Below the pieces are notes generated by a model that saw only the letters and a list, made by a program, of their open reading frames with translations, made no database searches and was not told the origin of the DNA. A program made the translations under genes and the position numbers. A DNA stretch of 64,000 nucleotides from an uncultured bacterium (GTDB taxonomy: Bacteria > Verrucomicrobiota > Verrucomicrobiia > Verrucomicrobiales > DEV007): assembly GCA_963977015.1 (NCBI GenBank), contig CAXBMO010000012.1:122730-186729 (forward strand), written 5' to 3'. Below, one piece after another: positions 59,564-64,000 of this stretch (positions are counted from its first letter, which is position 1; each line of letters starts with the position of its first letter).

Positions 59564-59748
59564 AAAAAAGGGAGCGACCGGGCCACCGCAAAGTACCGTT
59601 CAACCTTGCTAAACCTGGACGACAACCCTCCGTCGTCGCCAATTCCAAAGAATTTCTGTGGACCAGAGTGATTCCGAAAGGTCCCCGGAGTCCCGAAAGA
59701 ATCCTAGTCACTACACGAAACGGACTGACCTGTGATAACGGACACTCC
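59564..59748 (-). ncRNA. Structured ~180-nt RNA, 6S RNA-like
   Basis: 5' GGAGUG-UCCG-UUAUCAC pairs with 3' GCGGUGG-CCGG-UCGCUCC using G-U pairs (favours the minus strand); central bubble with hairpin GCGACGAC/GUUGUCGU; terminal stem CCGGGG/CUCUGG; ends in U6. Confidence 0.55.
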
Positions 59749-60016
59749 GCATGCGATTTTTGTCAATTTCAAGATTTTGAGTAGACAAACGCGGTCAAAC
59801 AGTGGACGGACATTCTCATTCGGGCAGAAACTGGAGCCTAACATGTCAATAATCAGGTTAATGTTACGGTCGGATTTGTGCCACGGAAAAACCGTTAGAT
59901 TGATTGATGACGCATCTTCATTTCAACCGCGCCAATTTCTGAAACGGCGCGAAAAGCCACGAACAGGTAGACTAATCTGCAATGTTTGTATCCTCCCTTT
60001 TCTAGATATATAATTC

Positions 60017-61261
60017 ATGGAATCTATTCTAAAAGTTTGGTACAGTCTTTGGGCACCTCTTAGTTGGCCCTTTACAGTAGCCATTCTCCTGTTGATGACA
60101 GTGGATCTGATTAGCTACTATTCGAAAGGCGGGAAGAATCATCGCTACTTTACCGGATTAATGACCGGTATTGGAATTCTTGGAACATTCTTTGGTGTTG
60201 TGGTAGGTCTTCAGGACTTTGATCCACAGAATGTGGGTGGAAGTATAGGACCACTTTTGGAGGGCTTGAAGGTGTCATTTGCGACCTCAGTTGGCGGGCT
60301 TTTTGCAGCGATTTTTACCGAGGTGATAGAACGTGCGTTTCCTTCAAAAAGGGCTTCGGTAGGTGACCCAATTGTCGATACTTTGAATCAGCATATGCAT
60401 GGTTTAAGCGACCTTATTGAAGGGGCCCAGAAAGCGAACGAAAGTGTAGCTAATAACGTTGCCGGGCTTAGGACAGAAATGAGAGATGAGTCAACCAAGG
60501 TCAGGAAGGCCCTCGAGATGGCGCTGGAGCAATTATCAAAGGGTGCTACCGAGGAAATCATCAAGGCTCTTGAAAACGTCATCGAAGATTTCAACCGGAA
60601 TCTTTCCGAGCAGTTTGGTGAGAATTTCAAGCAGTTAAATGAGGCTTGCTTGAGGCTTGTCGAATGGCAAGGAGCCTACAAATCGGCTGTCGAGTCAGCA
60701 ACTGATGCAATCACGAGCGCAAAAGGTGCAATTGATGGCTCGAAAGAGCAACTAGAAGCGGCAGTTCCGCAGAAGGAACGCTTCTACGAAATCGTTCAGA
60801 GCACGGGATTAAGCATTAAAGCTCTGGCTTTGTTGAATGACCGTCTTGAAACGCTTTCGGAAACACAGAAAATGGTAATTGAAGGTTTTTCCATGGCGCT
60901 GGAAGATGTGAGAACAAAAGCACACTCTCTCGAAACGGATCTTAAACTGGCCGCGGTCTCCGTCTCTGCCGAACAGATGGAAGTCATCAACAACTTCTCG
61001 AGTTTGGCAAAGATTGCGGAGGAAAGCAGCGGGCGAATCGAGGTAATGCTGGGTGAGCATGCTCGTGGACACAAAGAAGTCTCTGATAATATTGCGGAGG
61101 TCGTGAAGAAACTCGATTCAGGGAACCAGGAACTTCAAGGGCATCTCGGAAAGGCGTTGAATGAGTTGGAAAGAAACTTGTCATCTCTAACAGGGGACTT
61201 TGGCGCCGCTTACAGCCGGTATATCGAATTGATGAGAACTCTTACTGCTAGCGCAAACTAA
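60017..61261 (+). CDS. zorA: Zorya anti-phage protein ZorA (MotA-like TM domain + long helical tail)
   Basis: GIGILGTFFGVVVGL.DFD...SIGPLLEGLKVSFATS..G (MotA/ExbB), then IIKALENVIEDFNRNLSEQFGENFKQLNEA..LVEWQ..YK and a coiled-coil tail. Confidence 0.85.
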   Translation: MESILKVWYSLWAPLSWPFTVAILLLMTVDLISYYSKGGKNHRYFTGLMTGIGILGTFFGVVVGLQDFDPQNVGGSIGPLLEGLKVSFATSVGGLFAAIFTEVIERAFPSKRASVGDPIVDTLNQHMHGLSDLIEGAQKANESVANNVAGLRTEMRDESTKVRKALEMALEQLSKGATEEIIKALENVIEDFNRNLSEQFGENFKQLNEACLRLVEWQGAYKSAVESATDAITSAKGAIDGSKEQLEAAVPQKERFYEIVQSTGLSIKALALLNDRLETLSETQKMVIEGFSMALEDVRTKAHSLETDLKLAAVSVSAEQMEVINNFSSLAKIAEESSGRIEVMLGEHARGHKEVSDNIAEVVKKLDSGNQELQGHLGKALNELERNLSSLTGDFGAAYSRYIELMRTLTASAN

Positions 61262-61270
61262 TCGATAGCG

Positions 61271-62116
61271 ATGGCTCGTTCCAATTCATATCTTGGGAGT
61301 GTTTCCGATCTAATGGCTGGCCTGATGATCGTTTTTCTCTTTATTGCGATCAGCTATATGGTTGAAGTAAGATCTCAAGAGGCCGATGTGAGGGACAGGG
61401 CGGAGAGTTTGGAAGGTGCCCTTGCAGAAACCAGCAAAGCCCAAAAAGCTGCAGATGCCGCACGAAAGGAAGCCGAGGAACTGAACCAACAGCTGGAACA
61501 ACAGCAGGGGCAGCTGCTGAAGACAAACGAAACAATCCGAGAGATTGCTGCCTCTTATTCACAGATTCAGATCGCGCTCTATGAGGAGCTTGCCACCGAG
61601 TTTAATTCAGATCTCCCCAAATGGAACGCAACGTTAGAACGTGACAATACGATCCGCTTCAACGAACCTGACGTACTTTTTCTGGTGGGCGAAGCTAAAA
61701 TTCGTGACCGATTTACCGAAATTCTTGATGATTTTTTTCCGAGGTATCTTGGCATCATCTATTCTGACAGTTTTCGAAATGAGATTGATGAAATCCGAAT
61801 CGAGGGGCACACAAGCTCAATATGGAAAGACGCCACTAACGAGAATGAGCGCTATTTGAAAAACGCTGACTTGTCACAGCAAAGGGCATTGGAGGTACTT
61901 GCCTACTGCTACCAGCTACCTGCGTCCGGATCAAAACGACAGTTTCTAGTCCGCGATATGCGGGCAAATGGACTCTCATTTGCCAAGCCGATTTTCACTG
62001 AGAATGGTGATGAAGATGTAAGGCGCTCTCAACGTGTGGAATTCAAGGTGGTAACTAAAACCCAAGAGCGCATTCTTCGTATTCTTGAGGCAGGAGAGAA
62101 GGGGGATGTAAAATGA
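61271..62116 (+). CDS. zorB: Zorya protein ZorB (MotB/OmpA-like)
   Basis: SVSDLMAGLMIVFLFIA (conserved TM Asp); OmpA-like IRIEGHTSS...LSQQRA...SQRVEF. Confidence 0.88.
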   Translation: MARSNSYLGSVSDLMAGLMIVFLFIAISYMVEVRSQEADVRDRAESLEGALAETSKAQKAADAARKEAEELNQQLEQQQGQLLKTNETIREIAASYSQIQIALYEELATEFNSDLPKWNATLERDNTIRFNEPDVLFLVGEAKIRDRFTEILDDFFPRYLGIIYSDSFRNEIDEIRIEGHTSSIWKDATNENERYLKNADLSQQRALEVLAYCYQLPASGSKRQFLVRDMRANGLSFAKPIFTENGDEDVRRSQRVEFKVVTKTQERILRILEAGEKGDVK

Positions 62117-62943
62117 GGTTCACGGACTTTGGAAAGCTTCGCCTAATGATCGAATCAATAGGGGTGGACTATGTTGGGAAGACAAAGGAGAGACAAAAAG
62201 TCTTATGGGAGGGAGAGCTTATCGATGGGAAAAAGGATTTATTGGTGCTGTCCGAAGGGCTTTTTGAGATTCTTCCCGATGGAAATGTTATTCGAGTTAT
62301 TGTCCATGCTCCCCAGGGGCCTTATCAAAATCGAAATATCTCAGAGAAAGTTTTAATGATAGATCCGGTTAAGGGGTGGCACAAGTTTCACGTTCTCTGG
62401 TGTAACACTGTGGGCAAATGGAAGCACCGCCTTCGAAAGACAAACCGAAACGATGGGGCGTTTACCTACCCTCTTTTTTGGAGAGATGGAACCGAATTTA
62501 AGCCTGAGCTAAGAGACGGTGGGCGGCGGCTTCATTTGTGTAGAAACTGCGCGAATTTATTGAAGTCGAAGGGGGTGTCGGTTGAGGTTGAGAATTTTGA
62601 CGTCCAAGGGTTTCTTTGTAATGAACAGTTAGGCGGTTCCTTTCCCAATATGAATTACTCTTCAGACTTTGATCTGATTCCCAACGTATATGCAGATGAC
62701 TGGGACCGGATCAGTCATCGTTTCAAATCCATGAGAAGGTGGACCTGTGAACAATGCTACATTAATCTGTCTGATCACCGGAAGTTTCTACATGCCCACC
62801 ACAGAGATCACCACAAAGCGAACAATGGTATGTTCAATCTCCAGGCGCTTTGTATCCGTTGCCATGCGAATGAACATCCAAACGATGCTCGATTAAATGA
62901 TTCACAAGAACTTCGCGAGTTTACGAAGCGCTTCCCCCGTTAG
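62113..62943 (+). CDS. zorE: Zorya type II effector ZorE (HNH endonuclease)
   Basis: KFHV..C, CRNC, W..IS..FK..RRWTCEQC...LHAHH...NN...NLQALCIRCHANEH; ATGA overlap with zorB. Confidence 0.78.
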   Translation: MRFTDFGKLRLMIESIGVDYVGKTKERQKVLWEGELIDGKKDLLVLSEGLFEILPDGNVIRVIVHAPQGPYQNRNISEKVLMIDPVKGWHKFHVLWCNTVGKWKHRLRKTNRNDGAFTYPLFWRDGTEFKPELRDGGRRLHLCRNCANLLKSKGVSVEVENFDVQGFLCNEQLGGSFPNMNYSSDFDLIPNVYADDWDRISHRFKSMRRWTCEQCYINLSDHRKFLHAHHRDHHKANNGMFNLQALCIRCHANEHPNDARLNDSQELREFTKRFPR

Positions 62944-63034
62944 TCGAAGGTGCGATCGTGGTGCCCTATTCGGAGCAAGACTGAGAAGTTGCGACACACA
63001 GTTTCTCGAATGATAGATAGTGGAAGTTGATACA

Positions 63035-63817
63035 ATGACTCGCCCACCCAACTGGTCACGAGAGGAGCATATCCTTGCCTTCAACCTCTACTGCCAAATT
63101 TCCTTTGGGACTATCCATATCCATAATCCCAAGGTCCACCAACTCGCCAAGCTCCTAGGTCGTTCCGTTGGGAGTGTTTCCTACAAACTGGCTAATTTTG
63201 CGCGCCTCGATCCCGCTCTCCAAAAACGAGGAATCCGTGGAGCAACACACGGAGCAAAGGGAGATGAAGAGGTTTGGCGAGAATTTGCTCATGACGCAGA
63301 GTCTTTGGCCTTCGAGAGTCAGCAGTTGATGGCGCAACGGCTTGGTGAGGATGTCACGGAATATTCGACGGTTGAGACCCGCGACTTACCGAAGGCAGGA
63401 ATCGAGCGGGATGCCATCGTAAGACTGCGGGTGAACCAAAGTTTTTTTCGTCGTCGTGTTCTTTCCGCCTACGACAATCGTTGCTGCATCACTGGCTTGG
63501 CCGTTCCTGCCTTATTGAACGCCAGTCATATTGTTCCTTGGGCGACTGATGCAAAGAATCGCCTCAATCCAAGGAACGGTCTTTGCTTGAATACGCTTCA
63601 CGACCGAGCGTTTGACCGAGGATTGCTCTGGGTGGATGACGATTTTGTGGTCCGCTTTTCTCCAAAGCTTCTTAGCGGTAGCATGGGCGAGTTTGAGGGT
63701 GCGCGGTGGATTGTCGAATATGATGGACAGGCTTTGCGGCTACCGCAGAGATTTAGGCCTGATCCGGAATTGCTCCGTTCGCATGCGTTGGCGGCGCAGA
63801 AGGGAAATGAACCCTAG
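63035..63817 (+). CDS. HNH endonuclease (putative restriction endonuclease, HNH_2-like)
   Basis: WSREEHILAFNLYC N-terminal domain; RVNQSFFRRRVLSAYDNRCCITG...ASHIVPW...NGLCLNTLHDRAFDRG. Confidence 0.88.
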   Translation: MTRPPNWSREEHILAFNLYCQISFGTIHIHNPKVHQLAKLLGRSVGSVSYKLANFARLDPALQKRGIRGATHGAKGDEEVWREFAHDAESLAFESQQLMAQRLGEDVTEYSTVETRDLPKAGIERDAIVRLRVNQSFFRRRVLSAYDNRCCITGLAVPALLNASHIVPWATDAKNRLNPRNGLCLNTLHDRAFDRGLLWVDDDFVVRFSPKLLSGSMGEFEGARWIVEYDGQALRLPQRFRPDPELLRSHALAAQKGNEP

Positions 63818-63854
63818 GAAAGTGGTCGAACCTTGTGGGTGAGCGATTTCGATG

Positions 63855-63924
63855 GTAGCGGCGACCTCCGATCGCCTCCGAGATGAGATTGGTAATTAGT
63901 CAGCGAGCGGAAGCTCGCGGCTAC
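63855..63924. repeat. GTAG-type REP pair in inverted orientation
   Basis: GTAG-CGGCGACCTCCGATCGCC (63855-63876) and reverse complement GTAG-CCGCGAGCTTCCGCTCGC (63924-63903); each is a GTAG foot plus hairpin. Confidence 0.55.
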
Positions 63925-63938
63925 GGTGAGGGTTGTAA

Positions 63939-64000
63939 GACGATGGACGATGGACGATGGACGATGGACGATGGACGATGGACGATGGACGATGGACGAT
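63939..64000 (+). repeat. Heptamer tandem repeat (GACGATG)n, at least 8 perfect copies, running off the window end
   Basis: Directly visible GACGATG x8 + GACGAT. Confidence 0.95.

Noticed and set aside
60017-62116. Flagellar MotAB or ExbBD/TolQR interpretation
   Set aside because: The long cytoplasmic tail on the A subunit, the coupled HNH nuclease, the lower GC and the absence of flagellar or tonB genes favour Zorya.

Overview
A 64-kb chromosomal window, GC-rich in the coding regions, most likely from a PVC-superphylum bacterium (probably Verrucomicrobiota). That inference rests on PVC-type heme/dehydrogenase proteins, five sulfatases and SHD1-like secreted proteins. It holds housekeeping genes (polA, rnr, ispH, a PpiD-like chaperone, PPi-type PEP carboxykinase, fatty-acid desaturase, an L,D-transpeptidase) and carbohydrate/sulfate-ester catabolism genes (GH16, esterases, sulfatases, sugar-acid dehydratase, mutarotase, Gfo/Idh/MocA). 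Accessory features: (1) a dsbD gene split by an in-frame TGA exactly at the first Cys of the thioredoxin WCxxC motif, followed by a SECIS-like hairpin, so a probable selenoprotein; (2) a 1560-aa lipase-fold/multi-TM/WD40 protein with seven near-identical repeats, divergent from a signal-peptide CHAT (caspase-like) protease; (3) two RAYT-type HUH transposases, each with its own GGA(C/G)T-footed REP inverted repeats; (4) a full-length PVC heme-dehydrogenase followed by a split, reordered paralog; (5) a candidate ~80-nt sRNA and a 6S-like ~180-nt structured RNA; (6) an AT-richer defence island with a type II Zorya (zorABE) plus an extra HNH nuclease, ending in a GTAG REP pair and a heptamer tandem repeat. 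No CRISPR array, rRNA or tRNA was seen. All family calls come from motif recognition by eye; no searches were run.
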